Source of the DNA: a virus
Strand: one strand, 5' to 3'
Length of the DNA: 37,397 bases
Virus record (IMG/VR): IMGVR_UViG_3300035491_000235
The notes below the pieces were generated by a model that saw only the letters and a program-made list of their open reading frames with translations, was not told where the DNA came from and did no database searches. A program made the position numbers and the translations under genes. Positions within the stretch are counted from its first letter, which is position 1; every line of letters starts with the position of its first letter. Of this stretch, positions 1 to 7,160 are shown piece by piece.

Positions 1-249
1 GCCTAGGGTCAGAGAAGCGCAAATAGCTGTATACTCGCGCGCCATTTTTTCCCTGCCGCATCATCGAGGTCCGGCCTGCTATGTCGAAGAAAGTCGGAAG
101 TATAGGATTTATTTCGCTAGGGTGCCCTTAGCGCACATTATCTATACTTGCTCAGCAAGCGAAGAAACGCGCGCGGGCTACGATGGTCGATAAGCGACAG
201 CCTTTCGAGAATTGAACATGTGCGGCCGCATTACCCAGTACCGCTACCC
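1..249. repeat. Terminal direct repeat copy 1 (identical to 37149..37397). Interpreted as circular-closure overlap or terminal redundancy.
   Basis: Base-by-base comparison shows 1..249 equals 37149..37397. The repeat cuts through the 5' end of the recombinase gene (minus) and the 5' end of the SRAP gene (plus), so it is a permutation overlap and not an att duplication. Confidence 0.9.
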
Positions 250-919
250 GATCGAATACACCGAGGCGCTTGGCCAGCAGGTGATCAGCGGCTTGGATCC
301 GGTACCGATCGGGCGGTACAACGTGCCGCCGCAGTCGCGGGTGCAGCTTCTGCATCAGGATGACGATGGTTTGCGCCTGGAGGGTGTGCGCTGGGGGTAC
401 GCCCCATTCTGGGCGCAGGGCAAAAGGCCGCCGGCGATCAACGCCAGGGTAGAGACTGCCGCGACGAGCAAGTTCTTTCGCGACATCTGGAAGAGCGGCC
501 GCGCGATCGTGCCGGCGGACGGCTGGTACGAATGGAAAAAGGACGAGGCCAACCCGAAGCTCAAGCAGCCCTACTACATCAGGCTGCGCACCGGCGAGCC
601 GATGTACCTGGCGGCGCTTGGGCAGTTTCCCCGCGGCGGCCAGGTCGACCCACGCGAGGGCGATGGCTTCGTGATCATCACCGCCTCGAGCGGCGCCGGC
701 ATGCTCGACATTCACGACCGGCGCCCACTGGTGTTCTCGCCCGAGTGCGCGGCGCATTGGCTCGACCCGGAGCTTTCGCCCACCGAGGCCGAGGACCTGG
801 CGACGGAGCACGGCTTATGCGTGGACGACTTCGACTGGTACCCGGTCGGCCGTGCGGTAGGCAATGTGCGGAACGACGGCCCGCAGCTGATCGAGCGCAT
901 CAGCGACCCGCTGCTCTAG
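218..919 (+). CDS. SOS response-associated peptidase (SRAP / YedK / HMCES family)
   Basis: The track ORF is 212..919. ATG 218 gives the N-terminus M-CGRITQY with the invariant catalytic Cys2. INARVETAATSKFFR, PADGWYEW and HDRRPLVF motifs fit the SRAP fold. Confidence 0.85.
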   Translation: MCGRITQYRYPIEYTEALGQQVISGLDPVPIGRYNVPPQSRVQLLHQDDDGLRLEGVRWGYAPFWAQGKRPPAINARVETAATSKFFRDIWKSGRAIVPADGWYEWKKDEANPKLKQPYYIRLRTGEPMYLAALGQFPRGGQVDPREGDGFVIITASSGAGMLDIHDRRPLVFSPECAAHWLDPELSPTEAEDLATEHGLCVDDFDWYPVGRAVGNVRNDGPQLIERISDPLL

Positions 920-956
920 CCGGCCGTCCGCCGTACAGCACGCGCGATAGACACAC

Positions 957-980
957 GATACTGTATAGAAATACAGTATT
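957..980 (+). promoter_or_regulatory. LexA (SOS) box, core CTGTATAGAAATACAG at 961..976
   Basis: gatACTGTATagaaATACAGTatt is a near-perfect palindrome matching CTGT-N8-ACAG. It ends 8 nt upstream of ATG 984 and overlaps a candidate -10 (TACAGT 972..977), with a candidate -35 at TAGACA 948..953. Confidence 0.75.
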
Positions 981-983
981 CGA

Positions 984-1541
984 ATGGACCTCTCCGACCT
1001 CTATCACAAGCGCCCAAGCCTCGACAGCTGGCTCGCCGCCTGGCATGACGGCCACGCCTGGCGCGGCCTGGCAGACGAGCATTACGCCTACCTGCGGGAC
1101 CGGGCGAACGAGCTGCTGCAGCTCGGGGAGATCACCCTCGAGACGCGCAACCGCATAGCACTGGCAGCGTTCAACAGTTACCTGGCATATGTGCGCCTGA
1201 ACGCCGAGGCGACAGAGCGCTACGCATGGCACTACACCTACCAGGTGTTCGAGGGTGACCAGCTGGTTGCCACGGTCGGGCCGGAGGGCCACCTGTACAG
1301 CCGCGACCGCACGCTGCTGGGCTGCATCAGCGCCGACCCGCTGCATGGCCTGCAGCTCACCCGCAGCGTGGACTATGTCACCCAGGTAATCGGCACGGTC
1401 GATGGGCTGCTGATCACGCGATCAGACGGGCCGCCGTGGCGTCTGGTGCTGAGCAGTACGCCGGCAAAGCGCTGGGCGGCAGAGCCGACCCCGGCGAACT
1501 ATCGACACACCTCATTCGCCGCGAGCAGCTCGCGCTCATAA
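984..1541 (+). CDS. Hypothetical protein (185 aa), putatively LexA-regulated and possibly leaderless
   Basis: Intact ORF with no recognisable family. The LexA box lies immediately upstream and there is no Shine-Dalgarno. The 3' end overlaps the convergent o-spanin gene by 43 nt. Confidence 0.6.
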   Translation: MDLSDLYHKRPSLDSWLAAWHDGHAWRGLADEHYAYLRDRANELLQLGEITLETRNRIALAAFNSYLAYVRLNAEATERYAWHYTYQVFEGDQLVATVGPEGHLYSRDRTLLGCISADPLHGLQLTRSVDYVTQVIGTVDGLLITRSDGPPWRLVLSSTPAKRWAAEPTPANYRHTSFAASSSRS

Positions 1542-1777
1542 CCGATCCGTTGGCGGCGTTCAGCCAGCAACGCCCTGACCTTCACCTCCAGGCTGTCGCT
1601 CTGGCGCAGGGCGGCCGACGCCCATGCCGGAACCGCAACCGGCTCGGTTCGGCACGGCACAGCGACCGGCACCTCGACCCGTACAACGCGCGGCTCAACC
1701 TGCTCGGCCGCCTGGCCGGCACAGCCGGCACAGCCGGCGAGCGCGGCAGCGAGGCACACCAGCAGTAAACGGTTCAT
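1499..1777 (-). CDS. o-spanin (Rz1-like outer-membrane lipoprotein)
   Basis: Signal peptide with lipobox (MNRLLLVCLAAALAG|C) and a Pro/Val-rich mature region. ATGA start/stop overlap with the upstream i-spanin gene. Last gene of the lysis cluster. Confidence 0.75.
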   Translation of the reverse strand: MNRLLLVCLAAALAGCAGCAGQAAEQVEPRVVRVEVPVAVPCRTEPVAVPAWASAALRQSDSLEVKVRALLAERRQRIGYERELLAANEVCR

Positions 1778-2163
1778 AGGCCCAGCTCCTCATCGATTAC
1801 GGCAGCGGCCGCCGCGCAGGCGTCGCCACCGGTGTGCGCCTGCTGCAGTCGATTGGCGGCCAGGTAGTCCTGTTCGGCCTGCTGCCGAGCGCCTGTCTGC
1901 GCCAGACGTGCCGCGTGCTGGCGTTGCTGCGCGGCCGCACGCAGCCCGGCAAGTGCATCGTTCTGGTCGCTTACCTTGGCAAGCAGATTGGTGCGAGTGA
2001 CGCGGCAGGCCGCCAACCGTTCAGCGGCTTTCCGCGACTCCGTCTCCGATGCCTGCAGGTCGCTGCGCAGCGAGCCGATGCGCCACTGCTGGCCACCGGC
2101 GACCACCATCACCACCAGCACCCACCACACCCACGCGGGCAATAACCGTAGCCAGCCGATCAT
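1774..2163 (-). CDS. i-spanin (Rz-like)
   Basis: Track ORF 1774..2322 trimmed to ATG 2163. MIGWLRLLPAWVWWVLVVMVVAG is an N-terminal TMD, followed by an Ala/Gln/Arg-rich coiled-coil region. ATGA overlap with the endolysin stop. Confidence 0.75.
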   Translation of the reverse strand: MIGWLRLLPAWVWWVLVVMVVAGGQQWRIGSLRSDLQASETESRKAAERLAACRVTRTNLLAKVSDQNDALAGLRAAAQQRQHAARLAQTGARQQAEQDYLAANRLQQAHTGGDACAAAAAVIDEELGL

Positions 2164-2792
2164 GCCAACACCTCCTGCCCCGCCTGCCACAACGCCAGGC
2201 GCTGCGCCTGGCCGTGGGTGCCGCCATTGATGCGCCGGGTGATGGCCTCGAACCGGCCGGCGTCGGCCAGTTCGTTGAGGCCGTTGCGGGCCCAGTACCA
2301 GGCGGCGGATAGCGCGGCCCACTCTGGCTGCTCGAGCAGGTCGGGGTAGTCCTCGAGGTTCTGGCCGATGGCCTCGCCGCAGGTGCGGTAATTGTCGCGC
2401 CCGGTGAGCTGGATCAGCCCGCGCCCGCGGTAGCGCCAGCCGTCGCCGCTGGCGGCCGGACCGTTACCCAGGCGATCGGCATAGACGTGGTTGGCGATTG
2501 CTTCGGGCTGTCGCTCCAGCTGGCTCGCCAGGTCGTTCGGCTGTCCACCGGCACCGCGGAACCGGGAAGGCCAAGTGGCGGCGAGACCGGCGGCGCTGTA
2601 GTTGAGGTTCTCCACCAGGCGCCGCAGCTGACCAGACTCATGCCCGACCTGAGCAAGGAATGCCGCGCGACGCACTGGGCTCTCAATGCGATAGCGGTTC
2701 ATCGCTCGATTGAGGGCAGGAACAAAAACGCCCGCGACAGGGCGGGCGTTGGGAAGAATGCGCAGCAGCTGCTGCTCTGTCAGGGGGCGCAT
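2160..2792 (-). CDS. Endolysin, GH19 / chitinase-like (COG3179-type)
   Basis: ATG 2792 is preceded by GGAG (ctGGAGaaaaacATG). FLAQVGHESG and YRGRGLIQLTGRDNY motifs are typical of GH19-type phage lysins. No TMD or SAR segment. Confidence 0.85.
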   Translation of the reverse strand: MRPLTEQQLLRILPNARPVAGVFVPALNRAMNRYRIESPVRRAAFLAQVGHESGQLRRLVENLNYSAAGLAATWPSRFRGAGGQPNDLASQLERQPEAIANHVYADRLGNGPAASGDGWRYRGRGLIQLTGRDNYRTCGEAIGQNLEDYPDLLEQPEWAALSAAWYWARNGLNELADAGRFEAITRRINGGTHGQAQRLALWQAGQEVLA

Positions 2793-2804
2793 GTTTTTCT
2801 CCAG

Positions 2805-2831
2805 GCAAAAAGAAGCCCGCACAAGGCGGGC
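2805..2831 (-). terminator. Rho-independent terminator (minus strand) upstream of the endolysin
   Basis: Minus strand reads GCCCGC-cttgt-GCGGGC followed by TTCTTTTT. Stems are at 2815..2820 and 2826..2831. Confidence 0.7.
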
Positions 2832-2849
2832 CTACGCAATTCGGTGCAG

Positions 2850-3053
2850 CTATTCGAAATCGAGATCTTCAGGACGCAGGCTCCCCACTACATGGCCTTC
2901 CTGATCCAGCAACACACCAATGTTCAAAACCGGGTGGTCGCCGAGATGATCGAATACTCTGGTGACAGTCCCGTAAGGGAGGTATCCGAGCGGTACCTTA
3001 GCGGGGTTGGTTATCCAAACCCGAAGCCCCTTGTGTATGTCATTCAGTTGCAT
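2850..3053 (-). CDS. Small hypothetical protein (67 aa from ATG 3053). The track ORF extends to a TTG at 3134.
   Basis: ATG 3053 is preceded by AGGGG (agctAGGGGcgcgaacATG). GC is visibly lower than in the flanks. No TMD. Divergent from 3134..3553. Confidence 0.5.
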   Translation of the reverse strand: MQLNDIHKGLRVWITNPAKVPLGYLPYGTVTRVFDHLGDHPVLNIGVLLDQEGHVVGSLRPEDLDFE

Positions 3054-3133
3054 GTTCGCGCCCCTAGCTGGCATTGTGCCATCCAATTGTACACGGCAGA
3101 CTGCGGACTCCCATTCATCAAGGAGTGATTGCA

Positions 3134-3553
3134 ATGCAAGGCTACGAAAATGGACACCAAGCGGCCCAGGCGCTGACTACCGCGAATCGTCGGTACAAGA
3201 AAATCGCCGAGTTTTTCTTTGATGTGGCAGAGGGTTGGCGCGGCCTTGCCACTAGGTATCTTGAGACAGCAGTGGTGCTCGACGCTCCCGCCGCGAGCAG
3301 CGTAACCGGCCAGGCGCTGGGCCAGTCATTTACAGCGACAATCTCTCCTCGATTGCTGGATGACGGCGTGATTGGCGTACTCGAGGTTTCCAAACCCAGC
3401 GTGAATGGAAAGCCGGTGTTATGCGCGACCTACCTGTTCAGCTTACATTCCGATGTTCTGCTTGAAGACGGAACGACTGTTGTCGCACTTGATCACCCTG
3501 AACGGGACTTCCTATGGCTCGCACATCTGGTGAAGGCCGTGCTCTCCAAGTGA
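3134..3553 (+). CDS. Hypothetical protein (139 aa), the only plus-strand gene inside the late region
   Basis: Track ORF 3074..3553 trimmed to ATG 3134, which is preceded by AGGAG (AGGAGtgattgcaATG). Lower GC. No family recognised. Confidence 0.6.
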   Translation: MQGYENGHQAAQALTTANRRYKKIAEFFFDVAEGWRGLATRYLETAVVLDAPAASSVTGQALGQSFTATISPRLLDDGVIGVLEVSKPSVNGKPVLCATYLFSLHSDVLLEDGTTVVALDHPERDFLWLAHLVKAVLSK

Positions 3554-4183
3554 TCAGCTGATCGCCTTCCAGGGGTTCACCTCGAAAGTGAAGCCCTTCC
3601 ACTGCTTCGAGGGGTCGGCACTGTAGTCGTCGGCCCAGTCCTCGGGTTCGCCCTTGAAGCCCAGCTGCACGACCAGGGCGCGCGTCGCCGACCACTGCCA
3701 CACCCCATAGAAGCCATAGAAGCGGCGGCCGGTCTTGCGGTGCGTGGCCAGCAGCAGCCGCCAGCCGCCCTTGCCGGGGTCATCCTCGACCGAGGCCTGG
3801 CCCCAATAGCGGTAGTCGCATTCGGTCACGGGGCAGCCGAACAGCGTGGAAAAGCGCGCGTTATTCGCCGGGTTGCGGATCGCCAGCCACCAGAACATCG
3901 ACAGCCAGTGATAAGCGCCCAGGCCGAAAGGCGCGTTCAGGTGCCACCAGCCGCGCTTGTCGCCAGCAGCGCCGTCGCGGTCATTACTCCACAGCCACGC
4001 CCAGGACGGCAGCAGGATCAGCAGCCAGTCGCCAGCGGCCTGGCTGAAGGGTTGCGCCGGGCCTTGCGTCACGCGGAACGGCAGCGCGAGCGGCACGACC
4101 ACCAGGCCGGCCAGGATCATCAGGACGCGCAGCGGCAGCAGGCAGGCCCATTGCAGGGCCGCCCGTAGTACATGGGTCAGCAT
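3554..4183 (-). CDS. Integral membrane protein, Trp-rich, unknown function
   Basis: Track ORF trimmed to ATG 4183 (GAGGaattacccgATG). About 3 hydrophobic segments (LMILAGLVVVPLALPF, WLLILLPSWAWLW, HWLSMFWWLAI), then a soluble W/G/D-rich C-terminal domain. Confidence 0.6.
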   Translation of the reverse strand: MLTHVLRAALQWACLLPLRVLMILAGLVVVPLALPFRVTQGPAQPFSQAAGDWLLILLPSWAWLWSNDRDGAAGDKRGWWHLNAPFGLGAYHWLSMFWWLAIRNPANNARFSTLFGCPVTECDYRYWGQASVEDDPGKGGWRLLLATHRKTGRRFYGFYGVWQWSATRALVVQLGFKGEPEDWADDYSADPSKQWKGFTFEVNPWKAIS

Positions 4184-4204
4184 CGGGTAATTCCTCGGGA
4201 TCAG

Positions 4205-4234
4205 AAACGAAAAGCCCCGCACGGGGCGGGGCTC
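4205..4234 (-). terminator. Rho-independent terminator (minus strand) after the tail fibre assembly gene
   Basis: Stem GCCCCGC (4227..4233) pairs with GCGGGGC (4215..4221) around a 5-nt loop. It is followed on the minus strand by TTTTCGTTTCT. Confidence 0.7.
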
Positions 4235-4253
4235 TTCAGGGGTTGCAGGCGGC

Positions 4254-4817
4254 CTAGCCGGCGGCCAGCCAGGCGGGCGGAACCGGGCGGCTCTCAGCGG
4301 CCGGGAACTGATCGGACTGCGGCCAGTCGCGCAGCAGCTGGATATAGCCCAGCAGCTCGGCGTAATGCTCAGCCGAAAGAGTGGTCGAAATGCCTAGTTC
4401 TACTTCGTCGCGGTGCCGATCACGAAGGGCGAAAAGATCGGGCATCTGCGCGTCACGCCAGGATCTTTCGGCGGCGGCCACCGCCGACTCGTCCAGCACC
4501 CAGGCTGAGCCGTCCCAAGCGTGGAAAGGTGAAGCGCGCGGCAGGGCTGTTAGCCCCTCGGGGATATCGCCGAGGGCGGCATGCTGCTGGGCGGCTCCGG
4601 TATCGGTTCTGTAAAGAGTGCCGCGATGGTCGGCGACCAGCTCCCAATCATTGCCCGATTCGGTACGGCGCACCGCTTGTCCAGCCGGGACAGGGGGCGG
4701 TGCATCGGGGTAGGCATGCGCAGGGACAAGCCACGCGCCGGGCTCCAGGGGGTCAGGGTCGGCGCTGAAGGCACCAATGTATTCGCGGGTCAGCGGGTGA
4801 GCTGCATAGACTTGCAT
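4254..4817 (-). CDS. Tail fibre assembly chaperone (P2 gpG / Tfa-like)
   Basis: ATG 4817 is preceded by GAGG and lies just after the fibre stop. The C-terminal pattern (ALRDRHRDEVELGISTTLSAEHYAELLGYIQLLRDWPQSDQFP) is typical of the family. Positioned directly after the fibre gene. Confidence 0.7.
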   Translation of the reverse strand: MQVYAAHPLTREYIGAFSADPDPLEPGAWLVPAHAYPDAPPPVPAGQAVRRTESGNDWELVADHRGTLYRTDTGAAQQHAALGDIPEGLTALPRASPFHAWDGSAWVLDESAVAAAERSWRDAQMPDLFALRDRHRDEVELGISTTLSAEHYAELLGYIQLLRDWPQSDQFPAAESRPVPPAWLAAG

Positions 4818-4825
4818 AGTGAGCC

Positions 4826-5500
4826 TCAGTATTTGATACAAGCGAGCAGAGCGATGTTTCGCGGGCGGGTTTCGGCGGCGGTTCGCGCAACACGGGAAGC
4901 GTCGAAAAGCAGATCACGGCTGATCGATGAACCGGCAGCAGGTGATTGATTAAGCCCAACGCCTTCTGAAGAAAAAGCACCACCACCGGATACTGCGGAA
5001 ACATTGGTTCGGTTTAGCGTCACGCGGGCGGTGATGTTCTGCAATGCGTCAAGCTGTGAACTGCCCAAGTCGCGGCCCGTATCGATACCCCGGCCATCAT
5101 CCCAGCCGCGCAAGAATTCACCGCGAAGGTCAGGCAGCGCAAACGTCGTAGCCCCGTCGCCGACGCCAAAGGTTGTACCGATTGCGGCGAACAGTGCGGC
5201 ATAGGTTGTGCGCGACACCAAGGCGCCGTTGGCTTTCAGCCAGCCAGTCGGCGGCGTTGAACGCGCAAAAGTCGCAACCTGGCCGGGGGCGCCAATTAAG
5301 CGGATCGCCTGAAGCAACTGGCCGTTATTCTCTTCGGCAGGCACAAGGCCTGCCGCCTGAATCACTGCCAGCAGCTCTTCGGTAACGGCATTGCCCCAGC
5401 TCGAAGGGATCAGCGAGCCAGGGGTTCCGGTTACTTGGTTTTCGTCGGCAAATTTGCCGTCGACCAGGCCCACGCCTGGCACGCTCTTCGGGTAATCCAT
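4826..5500 (-). CDS. Tail fibre protein with phage tail-collar domain
   Basis: The N-terminus resembles conserved fibre heads (GTPGSLIPSSWGNAVTEELLAVI). The collar motif TFALPDLRGEFLRGWDDGRG is present. TAATG overlap with the upstream baseplate gene. Confidence 0.8.
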   Translation of the reverse strand: MDYPKSVPGVGLVDGKFADENQVTGTPGSLIPSSWGNAVTEELLAVIQAAGLVPAEENNGQLLQAIRLIGAPGQVATFARSTPPTGWLKANGALVSRTTYAALFAAIGTTFGVGDGATTFALPDLRGEFLRGWDDGRGIDTGRDLGSSQLDALQNITARVTLNRTNVSAVSGGGAFSSEGVGLNQSPAAGSSISRDLLFDASRVARTAAETRPRNIALLACIKY

Positions 5501-6102
5501 TAAGGCGCCTCTTCATACAGGATGGTTTCAAGGGTGTGCGCCGGGGAGGCGCGTCTGATCAGGCATTCGAGCGCGGTCGCCGGGTTGGCGCCGAAGCGAT
5601 CGCCCCAGTAGCTCACGCCGAAGCGGCGGCCGCCTGACAGGCGTTCGCCGGCGTACAGCGTCCACATATGCTGTGCGGCCCAGGTGCCGAAGTGCGAACG
5701 GCCGAAGCGGGCGCGGCCGAAGCGCGGCGCGCGCCGCTCGATTACTCGGGCATTGGCGTAGCCCTGGCTGACCGCGATCTGCACGTACCGTGCGGGGGTC
5801 TGGCCGCCAAGTTCGGCGAAGCGCTGGCGGATGGCGCGCTTGCGGTCCTCCAGCGCAGGTGCCGGCCCCAGGCATGGGTCGGGCAGGTTCATCACCCGCT
5901 CCCAATCGGGCACCAGCTCATGCACGGTAAGCGGGTCAGCTTCGTTCACCAGCTCATCAGCGCGCGTATGGGCGGATGCCAGGCCGGCGGCGAAGCCCGC
6001 AAGCAGCGCCTCGGGGAAGGCATCCACTTCCGGCTCCCATGCCGGCCCCGGAGGTAGCAATGCCGTCAGTTGCTGCCGGTAGTCGTCACTGCTCATAGCC
6101 AT
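5500..6102 (-). CDS. Baseplate/tail protein, Mu gp48 / P2 gpI-like (DUF2313)
   Basis: N-terminal YRQQLTALLPPGPAW pattern and its position after the J-like gene. An alternative ATG at 6096 forms an ATGA overlap with the upstream stop. Confidence 0.7.
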   Translation of the reverse strand: MAMSSDDYRQQLTALLPPGPAWEPEVDAFPEALLAGFAAGLASAHTRADELVNEADPLTVHELVPDWERVMNLPDPCLGPAPALEDRKRAIRQRFAELGGQTPARYVQIAVSQGYANARVIERRAPRFGRARFGRSHFGTWAAQHMWTLYAGERLSGGRRFGVSYWGDRFGANPATALECLIRRASPAHTLETILYEEAP

Positions 6103-7160
6103 GTGATCGCCCCCATGACGGCGAACTCGCCGGTACCGAGCACCACGTCGGCAGCGGGTGCGCTCAGCACATGGTCGGTTTCGCCGGCCACCTGGCTGAT
6201 CGCTTCCTTGATGTGGCTCAGCAGCAGCGTGCCGCCCGGCTCGGACTCACGCCGCAGCAGATCAGCCAGGCTGCTGAGCACGCCCGCGCGGACCGCGGCC
6301 GTATCCGGAACGACGCGCAGGGTAAAGTCGACCGGCACCGCCACCGGCGCCACAACGTAGACTTCGGCCGTCACCGGGCGGACCTGCTCGATGTAAGCGG
6401 CCACCGCCTCAAGCACCGCGGCGGTCGGAATCGGATCATCCAGGCGATCGCACACCAGCCGAACGGTGACCGTGCCCGGCCCCAGCTCGTGGCGGTAAAC
6501 CCACGCCCGCGTGACGCTGGCATGGGCGGCGAGCGCCCAGCTCTCGTAGTCGCCGCGACTGCCACCACGCGGCGGTTGACGCAGGCGCATCAGCACCCGA
6601 CCGCGCAGCGACTCGACCTCTTCCTGATCGGCACCGCCACTGAGCCCCGCCGCCGTCACCGCTGCCCGAGATTGAATACCGGCAATGGGCGAGATGAGCG
6701 TCAGCACATTCCCCGCTGCAAGGTTCCCCGCCGCACCCGCCTCCGCCGCCATGACCGCTACCGCCTGGGTGGCGGCGGTGAGCGTTACCGCATCGACGGG
6801 CCGGTAGATGACGCCGGCAGCGGTCTGCCACTGGGCATCGACGTCGATCTGGCTACCGACCACACCGGTTACGGTGACCTCGCCGGTCGCGGCGCTGGCC
6901 GGCGCGTACCACAAGCCAAGCAGTCGCGCCCAGCGCTCTACGCCGCCTTGCGCCGCCAGGTCAGGCAAGTACTGTTCGGCCTGCCATTCCAGGTAGGCAT
7001 AGAGCCCATTGAGCCCTTCGGCCAGCACCCGGGCGAATACCTCGGCATCGTCGCGGCGCACATCGGAGAGGTCGAGCCGGCTCAACAGGTCGGTGCGCTG
7101 TCGCGCGACCAGCGTCGCCATGGTTGGGCGAGAGAAACTGGTTTCAGCCACGGATTGCAC
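6093..7160 (-). CDS. Baseplate J-like protein (Mu gp47-like)
   Basis: N-terminal FSRPTMATLVARQRTDLLSRL pattern, about 350 aa, with gene order gp46-gp47-gp48. Start is GTG at 7160 or GTG at 7151 (uncertain). Confidence 0.8.
   Translation of the reverse strand: MQSVAETSFSRPTMATLVARQRTDLLSRLDLSDVRRDDAEVFARVLAEGLNGLYAYLEWQAEQYLPDLAAQGGVERWARLLGLWYAPASAATGEVTVTGVVGSQIDVDAQWQTAAGVIYRPVDAVTLTAATQAVAVMAAEAGAAGNLAAGNVLTLISPIAGIQSRAAVTAAGLSGGADQEEVESLRGRVLMRLRQPPRGGSRGDYESWALAAHASVTRAWVYRHELGPGTVTVRLVCDRLDDPIPTAAVLEAVAAYIEQVRPVTAEVYVVAPVAVPVDFTLRVVPDTAAVRAGVLSSLADLLRRESEPGGTLLLSHIKEAISQVAGETDHVLSAPAADVVLGTGEFAVMGAITWL

Noticed and set aside
27-42. CTGTATACTCGCGCGC as a second LexA box upstream of the SRAP gene.
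   Set aside because: Only the CTGTAT half-site is present and the ACAG partner is missing. It also lies inside the recombinase coding sequence.
1-249. The terminal repeats could be attL/attR or a transposon LTR.
   Set aside because: The repeat boundaries fall inside two coding sequences, and the recombinase is a serine type with a 2-bp crossover. No host DNA flanks the repeat.
152-811. A 219-aa minus-strand ORF opposite the SRAP gene.
   Set aside because: It is antisense to a gene with unmistakable SRAP motifs, and it has a low-complexity Arg/Ala-rich translation.
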